DNA of 64,000 nt from the NCBI GenBank assembly GCA_041577295.1, contig JBFGJG010000001.1, positions 160,001 to 224,000 on the forward strand, given 5' to 3'. Source of the DNA: Gemmatimonadales bacterium. GTDB taxonomy: Bacteria > Gemmatimonadota > Gemmatimonadetes > Gemmatimonadales > GWC2-71-9. Position 1 is the first letter of the stretch; every line of letters begins with the position of its first letter. A program made the position numbers and the translations under genes. The notes under the pieces are model-generated. The model was not told the origin of the DNA, did no database searches, and worked only from the letters and a program-made list of their open reading frames with translations. Below are positions 40,944 to 51,388 of the stretch, one piece after another.

Positions 40944-41581
40944 ACTGGCCGGCAACTATCGCCACGATCACCACCCTGACGCTCACCGCGACGGGCTGCG
41001 ACAGCATCCCGTTCTTCGGGGGCCGCGGAGCGGACACGACCGCCACAGATACGGCAGCCGTGACCGCCCAAGCAACACCACCCGCTCAGCAGCCAGCGAC
41101 CCAACCCGCGGCCCAGCAGCCGGCGGCGACGCAAGAGCCACAGCCACAACCTGCGGCCACCCAGACACCCCCCCGGCAACAGCCTCGCACATCCCCACCG
41201 CAGACGGCCCGACAGACGCCACCGACCACGGTACGGCCACCAGCCGCCGCGCGGATGCCAATGGGACAAGACGAACCGTGGACACCCCAGTTCAGCGGCA
41301 CGGTCGATCCGGGAATGACCGCCGACCAGGTGATCGCGACGTGGGGACCACCGGTCGCCCAGCGGGCAGCCGGGAATTGGCTATACCTTTATTTCCGCAA
41401 CGGGTGCGAATACACTTGCGGCACCTTTGACGTTGTCTTCTTGCAGGACGGACAGGTGGTGGACGCGATTGTCCGCGCTGGGAATCACATTTACTCAGGT
41501 GTGTCATCCTCGCCTCGAGGCCGCCCCGCGCTTTTCACGGCACCCGGCACAACACTCGACATCGGCGGGACAGGAACATGA
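40940..41581 (+). CDS. Hypothetical lipoprotein with Pro/Gln/Thr linker and BamE/SmpA-like C-terminal motif
   Basis: ATGC lipobox, PAQQPATQPAAQQPAATQ repeats, PGMTADQVIATWGPP. Confidence 0.6.
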   Translation: MNWPATIATITTLTLTATGCDSIPFFGGRGADTTATDTAAVTAQATPPAQQPATQPAAQQPAATQEPQPQPAATQTPPRQQPRTSPPQTARQTPPTTVRPPAAARMPMGQDEPWTPQFSGTVDPGMTADQVIATWGPPVAQRAAGNWLYLYFRNGCEYTCGTFDVVFLQDGQVVDAIVRAGNHIYSGVSSSPRGRPALFTAPGTTLDIGGTGT

Positions 41582-41883
41582 CCACAGAGAAGCCGAGTCG
41601 CTCCGAGGAAGAGTATTTCGCGAAGCGAGAGGCTGAGCTCCTCAAGCAGCGGCGCGAGGCCGTCGACCGGGCCTCGAAAGATGCCGAGCGGCGTAGCCAT
41701 TTCATGAAGTGCCCAAAATGCGGCGCGGATCTCGCCACCGAAGACTATCAGGGAGTTCAGGTGGATCGTTGCCCCGAATGCAATGGCGTCTGGTTCGACC
41801 GGGACGAGGCTGAGAGCCTCCTGAAGAAAGACGCCGGCGTGGTTGGGATCTTTCGATCGATCATGCGCGGCGTAAGCTCTTGA
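41578..41883 (+). CDS. Small zinc-ribbon (zf-TFIIB-like) protein
   Basis: MKCPKC...[13 protein letters not shown]. Confidence 0.82.
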   Translation: MTTEKPSRSEEEYFAKREAELLKQRREAVDRASKDAERRSHFMKCPKCGADLATEDYQGVQVDRCPECNGVWFDRDEAESLLKKDAGVVGIFRSIMRGVSS

Positions 41884-41908
41884 GTCGAATCGCTCGCGGG
41901 CCCGTGGT

Positions 41909-44179
41909 ATGATCACGACGCGGGCCCGCTCCCTCCCTGACGACCCGCCGATCACACCCGAGCTGGTTCGCGAACATGGCCTGAATGACGGAGAGTATGC
42001 CCGGATCGAGGCCATGCTCGGCCGCGCGCCTACCTTCTGCGAACTCGGCATTTTTTCCGCCCTGTGGAGCGAGCACTGTTCCTACAAGCACTCGCGCAAT
42101 GTGCTGCGTGGGTTTCCCACCGACGGTCCGCGCGTCATCCAGGGACCAGGCGAGAACGCCGGCGTGCTCCGCCTGCGAGATGGTTGGGCCGTGGCGTTCA
42201 AGATCGAGTCGCACAACCACCCATCGGCGGTTGAACCCTATCAAGGAGCTGCTACTGGCGTGGGTGGTATTCTCCGCGATGTGTTCACCATGGGAGCGCG
42301 CCCGGTAACACTGTTGAACAGTTTGCGATTCGGTCCACTTACCGAAGCACGGAATCGGTATCTGTTCGCCGGAGTGGTGCGGGGTGTCGGCGACTACGGT
42401 AACTGCGTCGGCGTGCCCACCGTTGGCGGTGAGGTCGTGTTTGGTGAGAGCTACAGCGGCAACCCGCTCGTCAACGCCATGTGCGTGGGCATCCTTCGGG
42501 AGGACCAGCTCATTCGCGCGGCTGCGCACGGCGTGGGCAACATCCTGTTGGCCGTTGGTGCCCGCACAGGTCGGGACGGCATTCACGGGGCGTCGTTCGC
42601 CTCCGAGGAACTGACCGCGGAGAGCGAGGCAAGGCGACCGCAGGTCCAAGTCGGCGACCCCTTTACTGAAAAACTTCTCCTCGAGGCGAGCCTCGAGTTA
42701 ATCGCGTCCGGCCACATCGTCGCGATCCAGGATATGGGAGCGGCCGGGCTCACGTCCTCATCGGCAGAGATGGCCGCACGCGGGGGTGTGGGTGTCGAGA
42801 TCGATGTATCGCGCTTGCCGACCCGCGAGCCGGACATGACTCCCTACGAGATGCTGCTCTCCGAGTCTCAAGAGCGGATGCTGGTGGTTGTCCGCCACGA
42901 TCGGGTGGCAGAGGCCCAGGAGATCGCGCGTAAGTGGGAGCTGACCGCCACACCCATCGGCAGGGTCACTGACGATGGCATGTACCGTGTTCGTCATGGG
43001 GAGACGGTGGTGGCGGAGATCCCCGGTGACCGATTGACCGAGGACTGCCCAGTCTACTCACCACATGCGGTCGAGAGTCCCGTGGCGGAAGCTAGACGCC
43101 AGCGCGCGCCCGACGCAGGAGATATCGATCCCCACGACGCGTTGGTCCGTTTGCTGGACGCACCCACAATCGCCTCCAAGCGCTGGGTCTACGAGCAGTA
43201 CGATTCGACGGTTCAGGCGTCCACCGTGATAGGTCCCGGAGGCGATGCTGGCGTCATCGGCATTCCCGGAACCACCATTGGGATCGCAACGGCCACAGAC
43301 GGCAACGCGCGGTACGTTTTGTTGGATCCGTACGAGGGCGGGAAAGCGGCGGTCGCGGAAGCGGCGCGCAACGTGGCCTGCACAGGAGCTCGCCCGATTG
43401 GCATCACCAACTGCCTCAACTTTGGGAATCCGGAAAAGCCCGACGTCTTCTATCAATTCCAGATGGCCTGCCGCGGTATCGCCGACGCCTGTAGCGCGCT
43501 GAGGACACCGGTCACTGGTGGGAACGTGTCATTCTATAATGAAAGCCCAACCGGCGCCGTCGACCCTACACCGGTGATCGGCATGGTGGGGATCCTGGAC
43601 GACGTGCGCGTGGCACGACCGTCGCATTTTCGTTCACCCGGTGACAGCATTGTCTTGTTGGGTGACTCACGGGGGCACATCGCCGGGAGTGGCTACTGGG
43701 AGTACGTGTTGGGCGTCGTGGCGGGCGCACCACCCCCCGTGGACCTCGACGCGGAGCGTCGGCTGGTGGAACTGCTCGTGGACCTCGCCCAACAGAATCT
43801 GATCACCAGCGCTCACGATGTCAGCGACGGAGGGCTCGCGGTGGCCTTGGCCGAAGCGTGCATCGGCGGTGCCTACGACCATGAGACGCTTGGGGCCGAT
43901 GTTGACCTCAGGTCGCTGGACACCACCGCATCGGTCCACGCCCTGCTCTTTGGCGAGGACCATGGCCGGGCCCTCCTGAGCCTTCCCACCACCGCCCTGT
44001 CCGATGTCACACGACGAGCGGCCAAACGCGGCGTTCCCTCCTGGGCGCTCGGACACGTTGGTGAGATTAACGGCGATTTGGTGATCCGTACGCGGGGCGC
44101 GATATTTCAATGGCCGACAGGCGACTTACGTACGCAATATGCGACGGCCATTCCCCGACGCATGCAGTTCCAGTCCTGA
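41909..44179 (+). CDS. purL: FGAM synthase subunit PurL
   Basis: [39 protein letters not shown]. Confidence 0.97.
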   Translation: MITTRARSLPDDPPITPELVREHGLNDGEYARIEAMLGRAPTFCELGIFSALWSEHCSYKHSRNVLRGFPTDGPRVIQGPGENAGVLRLRDGWAVAFKIESHNHPSAVEPYQGAATGVGGILRDVFTMGARPVTLLNSLRFGPLTEARNRYLFAGVVRGVGDYGNCVGVPTVGGEVVFGESYSGNPLVNAMCVGILREDQLIRAAAHGVGNILLAVGARTGRDGIHGASFASEELTAESEARRPQVQVGDPFTEKLLLEASLELIASGHIVAIQDMGAAGLTSSSAEMAARGGVGVEIDVSRLPTREPDMTPYEMLLSESQERMLVVVRHDRVAEAQEIARKWELTATPIGRVTDDGMYRVRHGETVVAEIPGDRLTEDCPVYSPHAVESPVAEARRQRAPDAGDIDPHDALVRLLDAPTIASKRWVYEQYDSTVQASTVIGPGGDAGVIGIPGTTIGIATATDGNARYVLLDPYEGGKAAVAEAARNVACTGARPIGITNCLNFGNPEKPDVFYQFQMACRGIADACSALRTPVTGGNVSFYNESPTGAVDPTPVIGMVGILDDVRVARPSHFRSPGDSIVLLGDSRGHIAGSGYWEYVLGVVAGAPPPVDLDAERRLVELLVDLAQQNLITSAHDVSDGGLAVALAEACIGGAYDHETLGADVDLRSLDTTASVHALLFGEDHGRALLSLPTTALSDVTRRAAKRGVPSWALGHVGEINGDLVIRTRGAIFQWPTGDLRTQYATAIPRRMQFQS

Positions 44180-44180
44180 T

Positions 44181-45581
44181 ATGTGTGGCATCTTTGGAAT
44201 CGCCAATCACAGACGCGCCGCCGAGCTGACCTACCTCGGCTTGTACGCGCTGCAACACCGCGGGCAGGAGTCCGCCGGAATCGTGAGCGTCACCGAGGAG
44301 CGGCGCGCTCACGTTCGTCGCGGCATGGGGTTGGTGCACGACGTGTTCCCTCCCGCCTCGCTCGCCCGACTATCCGGATCGCTGGCAATTGGGCACACGC
44401 GCTACTCGACGGCCGGCGAATCGACGCCGGTCAACGTCCAACCGGTCCTCGTCAATTATCATGGCGGTCCTCTAGCGCTGGCACACAATGGGAACCTGAC
44501 CAACGCGGCACGTTTGCGCGAAGACCTGGTACGTAAGGGGTCCATCTTCCAGTCATCCTCGGATTCCGAGGTGCTCATTCACCTCGTGGCGCGCTCCGAG
44601 GCCCGCGTGCCGGAAGATCAGATCCTCGACGCCCTCGAACGTGTCGAGGGCGCGTACTCGCTCTTGCTCACCATTGGCCAAACGCTCTATGGCATCGTCG
44701 ATCCGCGGGGGTTCCGTCCTCTCGTGCTGGGTCAGCTTGGCGGGGCGTGGATCCTCACCTCGGAGACGTGCGCGCTGGACCTGGTGGGAGCCACGCTCGT
44801 GCGAGAGCTGGCACCCGGTGAGTGGCTCAAAGTGGAAAACGGTCAAGTACACGACTTGCCACCCCTCCCTGCGAAACCCCACCGGCGCTGTGTGTTCGAG
44901 CTGATCTACTTCTCACGGCCGGACAGCGTGGTGTTTGGCGAATCGGTCGATCGTGTCCGACGCGACCTCGGAAGACAGCTGGCCCGCGAACACCCGACGC
45001 CCGGCGCCGATTGTGTGTTCTCCGTCCCTGACTCATCAAATGCGATGGCGCTGGGCTACGCCGAAGAGAGTGGCATCAAGCTCGAACACGGGCTGATCCG
45101 CAGCCACTACGTGGGGAGGACATTCATCAATCCGGGTCAGGCCGATCGCACGGAGAAGGTCCGCATCAAGTTCAATCCGGTGCGGGGAATTATTCGCGAC
45201 AAGCGCGTCGTCGTGGTCGATGATTCGTTGGTTCGGGGTACGACCTCGCATGGTCTGATTCAGCTCATCCGCCAGGCCGGTGCTCGCGAGGTGCATCTGC
45301 GGGTCGCATCCCCGCCCATCACGGGCCCGTGCTATTACGGCATCGATACACCGGACCGCTCAGAGCTCATCGCGGCACAGTGTACCGTCAAAGAGATTCG
45401 GCAGCGGCTCGGAGTCGATACGCTCGGGTATCTCTCCCTCGAAGGTACCCTTGCCGCGGTGGGGGGAAAGCCTGACCGTTTCTGCCACGCCTGCTTCTCG
45501 GGGGCGTATCCCACAGCAGTGGACGACCAACCACACACGAGGGATGCGAGTCCGTTTCGTCAACCGTTAATGGTCGAGTAA
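44181..45581 (+). CDS. purF: Amidophosphoribosyltransferase
   Basis: N-terminal MCG, QHRGQES, HNGN, VVDDSLVRGTT, CHAC. Confidence 0.97.
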   Translation: MCGIFGIANHRRAAELTYLGLYALQHRGQESAGIVSVTEERRAHVRRGMGLVHDVFPPASLARLSGSLAIGHTRYSTAGESTPVNVQPVLVNYHGGPLALAHNGNLTNAARLREDLVRKGSIFQSSSDSEVLIHLVARSEARVPEDQILDALERVEGAYSLLLTIGQTLYGIVDPRGFRPLVLGQLGGAWILTSETCALDLVGATLVRELAPGEWLKVENGQVHDLPPLPAKPHRRCVFELIYFSRPDSVVFGESVDRVRRDLGRQLAREHPTPGADCVFSVPDSSNAMALGYAEESGIKLEHGLIRSHYVGRTFINPGQADRTEKVRIKFNPVRGIIRDKRVVVVDDSLVRGTTSHGLIQLIRQAGAREVHLRVASPPITGPCYYGIDTPDRSELIAAQCTVKEIRQRLGVDTLGYLSLEGTLAAVGGKPDRFCHACFSGAYPTAVDDQPHTRDASPFRQPLMVE

Positions 45582-45584
45582 CGC

Positions 45585-48230
45585 ATGCCTGACGTCTACT
45601 GGTTCGGAAATGGCAGGGCCGACGGCCATGCTGGAATGAAGGATACCCTCGGGGGCAAAGGTGCGAACCTCGCCGAAATGACGAACCTCGGCATCCCGGT
45701 GCCGCCCGGCTTCACTATCTCGGCTCAACAGTGCGGCGTCTATCTCGAACACGGCCGGCTGCCCGATGCGCTGCGCTCTGAGGTGGAACAAGCCATGCGC
45801 CGGCTCGAGCAAGCGACCGGCCGCACGTTCGGCGATCCGCACACTCCGTTGCTGGTTTCGGTTCGCTCGGGCGCGAAGTTCTCGATGCCCGGCATGATGG
45901 ACACCATTCTAAACCTGGGACTCAACCAACGGACCGTCGCGGCGCTAGCGAGGCAGTCCGGCAACGACCGTTTCGCGTTCGATTCGTACCGACGCTTCGT
46001 GCAGATGTACGCTCAAGTGGTCTTCGGTCTAGCCGGGCATGGCGGCAAAAACCCGTTTGAGGCGGCCCTCGAAGAGCTGAAGCAAGAGCGCGGCGTTGAA
46101 CGGGATATCGATCTCGAGGCCAAGGACCTGCGAACCCTGGTGGACACCTATCGCTCGATCGTGGGGAACGGAACTGCGCGTCCGTTCCCCGATGATCCGT
46201 GGGACCAGCTGTGGGGCGCCATCGAGGCCGTCTTCAAGAGCTGGCAGACCAAGCGTGCCATCGACTATCGCCGGGTCCACCGGATACCCGATCACCTTGG
46301 AACCGCGGTCAACGTCGTCGCGATGGTCTACGGCAACATGGGCAACGATTCGGGTACCGGCGTGGCGTTCACCCGCGATCCCGCAACAGGTGAACAGCAG
46401 CTGTTTGGCGAGTTTTTGGTCAACGCACAAGGCGAAGACGTCGTGGCCGGCATACGCGATCCGGAACCCATTAGTCGCATGGATCAACGCTTGCCAAAGG
46501 CTGCCGAGCAGTTCCGTGAGATCTGCGCGCGCCTCGAGCAGCATTACCGCGACATGCAAGATGTGGAGTTCACCGTTGAACGCGGAAAGCTCTACCTGCT
46601 GCAAACCCGCACCGGGAAGCGAACGGCACAAGCCGCCGTTCGCATCGCGGTAGACATGGTAAAGGAGGGCTTGATCGACAGAGCCACGGCCATCAACCGA
46701 GTCGAGGCGGAGCAACTCCACCAGCTGTTGCATCCCACCGTCGACCCCGCCGCCGATCTGGCCGTCCTGACGACTGGTCTGCCAGCATCACCCGGCGCGG
46801 CCGTCGGGACGGTCGTGTTCGACGCAGATATAGCGGCCGAACGCGGGCAGGCCGGAGAAGCGGTAGTGCTTGTCCGTCGGGAAACGAGCCCGGACGACTT
46901 TCACGGCATGGTCGCGGCGCAGGCGATCCTTACCGCACGGGGTGGGATGACCAGTCACGCTGCGGTCGTGGCGCGCGGGATGGGGAAGACCTGTGTGGTG
47001 GGCGCGCGAGATATGGTTGTAGACGAAACGGCTCGGTGCTTCCATATCGACTCACGTGCGGTACAAGAAGGTGAATGGATCACCGTCGATGGTTCATCGG
47101 GACGAGTGTTCTTGGGACGCGCCCATTTGGTGGAGCCTCGGCCCTCTCCACAGCTGACCGAGCTCATGGGATGGGCAGACGACGTGCGACGACTACGCGT
47201 ACGCGCGAACGCCGACACCCCGGCGGACGCGGCCAAGTCCCGCGAATTCGGTGCAGAGGGCATCGGTCTCTGCCGCACCGAGCACATGTTCTTCGAAGGG
47301 GACCGCATCACCAAAATGCGCGAGATGATCTTGGCGACCGATGAGGCGGGCCGACGCCGCGCGTTGGATACGTTGGAGCCGATGCAGCGCGACGACTTCG
47401 TCGGCATCTTTCGCGCGATGGCCGGGTATCCGGTCACAATTCGCCTGCTCGATCCCCCACTGCATGAGTTCCTCCCCAAGGAAGAAGAGGACATTCAGGC
47501 CGTGGCCGTCGATCTCGGCACCGGTGTTGACCGCGTTCGCCGCACGGTCGAGAGTCTCACTGAAGCCAATCCGATGTTGGGGCATCGTGGCTGCCGATTG
47601 GGCATCACATACCCCGAGATCACGGAAATGCAGGCGCGGGCGATCTTCGAGGCCGCGTGCCAGGTCACCGCTGAGGGAATCGAAGTCCTCCCGGAAATCA
47701 TGGTCCCGCTGGTCTCCCACGTTGAGGAGCTCCGCCGGCAGGCCCAGATCGTTCGCGACGTCGCGGAGGCCGTTTTTCATGAATCCGGTAGGCGCGTCGA
47801 GTACTTGGTGGGCACCATGATCGAGTTGCCGCGCGCGGTCATGACGGCCGATGAGATCGCAGAGGCCGCCGAGTTCTTCTCGTTCGGCACCAACGACCTC
47901 ACGCAGACGACATTTGGCTTGTCGCGCGACGACGCCGGTCGCTTTCTTCCTGCGTACATCGAGGCGGGCATCCTCGCCGACGACCCGTTTCAGACCCTGG
48001 ACAGCGGTGTGGCCAAGCTCGTCGCCCTGGCAGTCGAGCTCGGCCGGAAGCGAAACCCCAAACTAAAGATCGGCATCTGCGGCGAACACGGTGGCGACCC
48101 CCGCTCCGTGGTTACGTGCCACCGACTCGGGCTGAATTACGTGAGCAGTTCGCCGTTTCGCGTCCCCATCGCCCGCCTTGCAGCCGCACAAGCCGCCCTG
48201 GGATCTATCGCAGAAAGCTCGACGGCATGA
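45585..48230 (+). CDS. ppdK: Pyruvate, phosphate dikinase
   Basis: GGKGANL, SMPGMMDT, GGMTSHAAVVARG, GTNDLTQ, GICGEHGG. Confidence 0.97.
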   Translation: MPDVYWFGNGRADGHAGMKDTLGGKGANLAEMTNLGIPVPPGFTISAQQCGVYLEHGRLPDALRSEVEQAMRRLEQATGRTFGDPHTPLLVSVRSGAKFSMPGMMDTILNLGLNQRTVAALARQSGNDRFAFDSYRRFVQMYAQVVFGLAGHGGKNPFEAALEELKQERGVERDIDLEAKDLRTLVDTYRSIVGNGTARPFPDDPWDQLWGAIEAVFKSWQTKRAIDYRRVHRIPDHLGTAVNVVAMVYGNMGNDSGTGVAFTRDPATGEQQLFGEFLVNAQGEDVVAGIRDPEPISRMDQRLPKAAEQFREICARLEQHYRDMQDVEFTVERGKLYLLQTRTGKRTAQAAVRIAVDMVKEGLIDRATAINRVEAEQLHQLLHPTVDPAADLAVLTTGLPASPGAAVGTVVFDADIAAERGQAGEAVVLVRRETSPDDFHGMVAAQAILTARGGMTSHAAVVARGMGKTCVVGARDMVVDETARCFHIDSRAVQEGEWITVDGSSGRVFLGRAHLVEPRPSPQLTELMGWADDVRRLRVRANADTPADAAKSREFGAEGIGLCRTEHMFFEGDRITKMREMILATDEAGRRRALDTLEPMQRDDFVGIFRAMAGYPVTIRLLDPPLHEFLPKEEEDIQAVAVDLGTGVDRVRRTVESLTEANPMLGHRGCRLGITYPEITEMQARAIFEAACQVTAEGIEVLPEIMVPLVSHVEELRRQAQIVRDVAEAVFHESGRRVEYLVGTMIELPRAVMTADEIAEAAEFFSFGTNDLTQTTFGLSRDDAGRFLPAYIEAGILADDPFQTLDSGVAKLVALAVELGRKRNPKLKIGICGEHGGDPRSVVTCHRLGLNYVSSSPFRVPIARLAAAQAALGSIAESSTA

Positions 48231-49117
48231 GCGAACGCATCCGGATTGCGTCGCTGCAGTACTTCGTGCGGCCTGTCCGGGCCTTCTCAGATTTCCGCGC
48301 CCAGGTGGAGGCCTTGCTGGAGACGGCGGTCGACTACAACTGCCAGCTCGTCGTGTTCCCTGAGTACTTCACGGTACAGCTACTGACACTCGGCAACGTC
48401 AGGCGACCCATCGAAGAGCAGATTCGGGACCTCGCCTCCCAGCGCGAGAACTACGTCAGCCTGTTCAGTGAGTTGGCGAAAAAGTTCAAGGTCTACGTCG
48501 TCGGCGGCACCATTCCCGTGATCGAAGATTCGGCACCGCACGTCTACAACGAATGCCACTTTTTTGGCCCGTCAGGTGACTTCGGCGTGCAGGGCAAGCT
48601 CCATATGACCCGCTTTGAGAACGAAGAGTGGAAGATCACGCCGAGGACGCAGCTGCGGCTCTTCGAAACGAGCTACGGACGCGTCGCTGTCGCCATCTGC
48701 TATGATGTGGAGTTCCCCGAGATCGCACGGGCCGCCGCGCGCCAAGAAGCCCATATCCTCGTCGTCCCGAGCTGCACCGACGACCGTCAAGGGTTTCTCC
48801 GCGTCCGCTATTGCGCACACGCACGAGCGATCGAGAACCAGATGTACGTCATTCAGTCTCACACCGTCGGTTCCTTGCCGATGGTCCCGGCGGTACACTT
48901 GAACTACGGCCAAGCCGCAATCCTCACCCCCAGTGATTTTCCGTTTGCACGGGACGGGATACTCGCCGAAGGTAACGTCAACCAAGAGATGATGGTGATC
49001 GGCGAGTTGAACCTCGAGACCATTACCCACTCTCGAGTGACAGGCACGGTCCTGCCACTCGAGGACTCTCGACGAACGGCAAGACTGGTTGAAACACTCG
49101 AGCTGCTGACGTTGTGA
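48227..49117 (+). CDS. Carbon-nitrogen hydrolase (nitrilase superfamily)
   Basis: VFPEYF (Glu), GKLH (Lys), ICYDVEFPE (Cys), ARAIENQ. Confidence 0.92.
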   Translation: MSERIRIASLQYFVRPVRAFSDFRAQVEALLETAVDYNCQLVVFPEYFTVQLLTLGNVRRPIEEQIRDLASQRENYVSLFSELAKKFKVYVVGGTIPVIEDSAPHVYNECHFFGPSGDFGVQGKLHMTRFENEEWKITPRTQLRLFETSYGRVAVAICYDVEFPEIARAAARQEAHILVVPSCTDDRQGFLRVRYCAHARAIENQMYVIQSHTVGSLPMVPAVHLNYGQAAILTPSDFPFARDGILAEGNVNQEMMVIGELNLETITHSRVTGTVLPLEDSRRTARLVETLELLTL

Positions 49118-49842
49118 AGCCAAAGACGTCCCACATCGAGGTCCGCCAGACCCAACTCACGGACGTCCCCGCGGTCATCGCGCTGTGTCAAGCCGTGTAC
49201 CCACAGTCTCCGCCTTGGAAACCAGAGCAACTCGAGTCCCATCTCGACCGCTTTCCCCACGGACAACTCGTTGCCGTCGAACGACCGACCGACCGGGTGG
49301 TGGGGATGGCGTCGAGCCTCATCGTCCGGTGGGACGAGTACGACATCGACGCCACGTGGCGCCACATGACCGCGTCCGGCTGGTTTACCAATCACGATCC
49401 CACCGGCCGTACCTTGTACGGCGCCGAGGTCATGGTGCACCCCGAGCTCCAGGGTCACGGGATAGGTAAGAGGCTCTATGCGGCCCGGCGCGATATCGCA
49501 CGGGGCCTGGGATTGCTACGCATCCGGGCAGGGGCACGCCTCCGTGGCTACCACAGATACGCCAGCGACCTGTCACCCGAGGAGTATGTGTTGCGCATCC
49601 TGCGGGGGGAGCTCAGCGATCCCACCCTCAGCTTTCAGCTGAAGCAGCGGTTTCGCGTCATTGCCGTGGTTGAGGGATACCTGCGGAACGATCCCGAGAG
49701 CCTTGGCCATGCCGCCGTTATCGAGTGGATCAACCACCAAGTGGCAACCCGAGATGATTGGAAAGGGCGGGATCCGCGCTTTGGCAAGCCGCGCAAAACA
49801 CCCAAGCAAAAGGACCTCCACAAGACTTCACATTCATCTTGA
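49114..49842 (+). CDS. GNAT-family N-acetyltransferase
   Basis: FPHGQ, NHDPTGRTLYGAEVMVHP, QGHGIG acetyl-CoA motif, DPTLSFQL. Confidence 0.88.
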   Translation: MKPKTSHIEVRQTQLTDVPAVIALCQAVYPQSPPWKPEQLESHLDRFPHGQLVAVERPTDRVVGMASSLIVRWDEYDIDATWRHMTASGWFTNHDPTGRTLYGAEVMVHPELQGHGIGKRLYAARRDIARGLGLLRIRAGARLRGYHRYASDLSPEEYVLRILRGELSDPTLSFQLKQRFRVIAVVEGYLRNDPESLGHAAVIEWINHQVATRDDWKGRDPRFGKPRKTPKQKDLHKTSHSS

Positions 49843-50101
49843 GGCTCTACATGTAATTAGCTGTTGAGCAACGATTTACCGTCTTCTTGGTAATCCACAA
49901 TCGATGTGGAAAACCCTGGCGCCTGACGCATTTTCTCGTCGCCTCAATTAGCGCCACTAGCACCGTGTCCGGCACCCTTCGCCTAGATCGGATCAGCGGC
50001 GACAGGCGTTCGATCCGAAACAGCCCACTCCCTCGGGTACCATCAACACCTATATTCGGCGCAGCGGGGGTCGTGCCGACCACCCAACTCCACCCTAGGC
50101 G

Positions 50102-50941
50102 GTGTCAGTGCTGACGGTCCCACCAGTTCGCCCTTGCGTACTCGCGGCGCTCGTGCTCTCCGTGCCGGGCCCAGTATGGGGTCAGTCCGTCGGTGGGCGG
50201 GTGTTGACCGGAGCACCCGAGCGTCCTCTGTCGGGAGCGTTCGTGCTGCTCCTCGACTCGGCAGGTGCGGTAACACGTGTCGTGGTAACTGATTCGGCGG
50301 GCATGTATGCCGTTCTCGCGCCATCGGATGGCCTCTACAACATCCGGGTCCGCCACGGCGGGTACGATATGGTGACGACTGCTCCGCTGCGCCTGAGGTC
50401 GGGCGAGTCTGTGCTGGCTGATCTGTTCTTGCCACAGACCGTGTTCGTGCTCGATCCCGTCACCGTCTCCGCATCCGCCACCACCGTGCCCACTGTCGGC
50501 GTGCTAGCCGGGTTCTACAGACGGATGGCTCGGGGGTGGGGACATTTCATCACGCGCGAAGAGATCCAAAAGCGGGGAGCGCGACGGATCTCCGAGTTGC
50601 TACACGGGATTCCGGACCTCCGGGTGATTCAGCGCAGCGAACTCGAAAGCACTATCCGAATCGGTACGGAGCTGTCCCGAGTCAACATCGGTCCGTTGAG
50701 CCTCGGGGAAGACGGGATGCCCGAGGTCGTAGGAGACATGCCACTGCGGTGTGCCCCGCTCCTGTACGTCGACGGTTTGAAGTTCGGGCGGGTAGATGAG
50801 GTGCTGGATCAGGTCGGCCCGACCGAGATCGAAGGCATCGAAATCTACCGGCGCTCGTCGGAGGTGCCTCCCGAGTTTGGTGGCATATACGCGCGTTGTG
50901 GCGTGATCGTCGTTTGGACCCGACGTACCCGAACAAACTGA
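50102..50941 (+). CDS. Secreted protein: carboxypeptidase-regulatory-like domain plus TonB-receptor plug-like domain, no barrel
   Basis: Signal-like N-terminus, TDSAGMY...VRHGGY, GFYRR..GWGHFITREEI, PLLYVDG, IEGIEIY, CGVIVVWT. Confidence 0.7.
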   Translation: MSVLTVPPVRPCVLAALVLSVPGPVWGQSVGGRVLTGAPERPLSGAFVLLLDSAGAVTRVVVTDSAGMYAVLAPSDGLYNIRVRHGGYDMVTTAPLRLRSGESVLADLFLPQTVFVLDPVTVSASATTVPTVGVLAGFYRRMARGWGHFITREEIQKRGARRISELLHGIPDLRVIQRSELESTIRIGTELSRVNIGPLSLGEDGMPEVVGDMPLRCAPLLYVDGLKFGRVDEVLDQVGPTEIEGIEIYRRSSEVPPEFGGIYARCGVIVVWTRRTRTN

Positions 50942-50968
50942 GGGCCCAAGGATTCTCCTTAGGCCCTC
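50940..50968. terminator. Hairpin between the convergent plug-domain gene and ssrA
   Basis: GAGGGCC-C-AAGGA / TTC loop / TCCTT-A-GGCCCTC inverted repeat; weak U-tracts. Confidence 0.5.
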
Positions 50969-50979
50969 CGTGACTTTGA

Positions 50980-51334
50980 TGGAGGCGCGGGGAATCGAAC
51001 CCCGGTCCGAACCTCGATCCAATACCGCTTCTACGTGCGTAGACTACGCTCTTTGGTCTCCGCCGGGCGGCGCGCAGCCAGCCTCTCGACAGACGAGCTT
51101 CCAACATTCTCACACGTGGTGCGGAAGCGTCACCTCGTGCCAGCTCGATTCATCGATGCCCGTTACCCCGCCTCGAGCGGGCAGTGTAGCGGACAGGTGC
51201 GTCAGCTAGTGCTTACGCAGCCAGAGCCAATTCAGTGTTGGCAATTGTGGTTTTTCCCAGTTGTTTCACCAGGGTACCGGGAACCTGGGCACGCTGCGAT
51301 ATCCTCACAAGACCCGTCGAAGCCAGTCGCCCCC
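50980..51334 (-). ncRNA. ssrA: tmRNA
   Basis: 5' GGGGGCG pairs with 3' CGCCTCC-A (G3.U70); T-arm GGGTTCGATTCCC; tag ORF ANTELALAA-TAA at 51242-51213; CCA not encoded. Confidence 0.95.
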
Positions 51335-51388
51335 TCTCCTATCGTACGTAAACTACACTATGTAATATAGTTAAGTCGTTTACTCAGC

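Noticed and set aside
41080..41240. Short repeats as a CRISPR or VNTR array
   Set aside because: They are imperfect codon-level repeats encoding a Pro/Gln linker, with no spacers or cas genes.
48227..50980. Genomic island integrated at the ssrA 3' end
   Set aside because: No integrase and no duplicated ssrA 3' fragment seen. The nitrilase is translationally coupled to ppdK.
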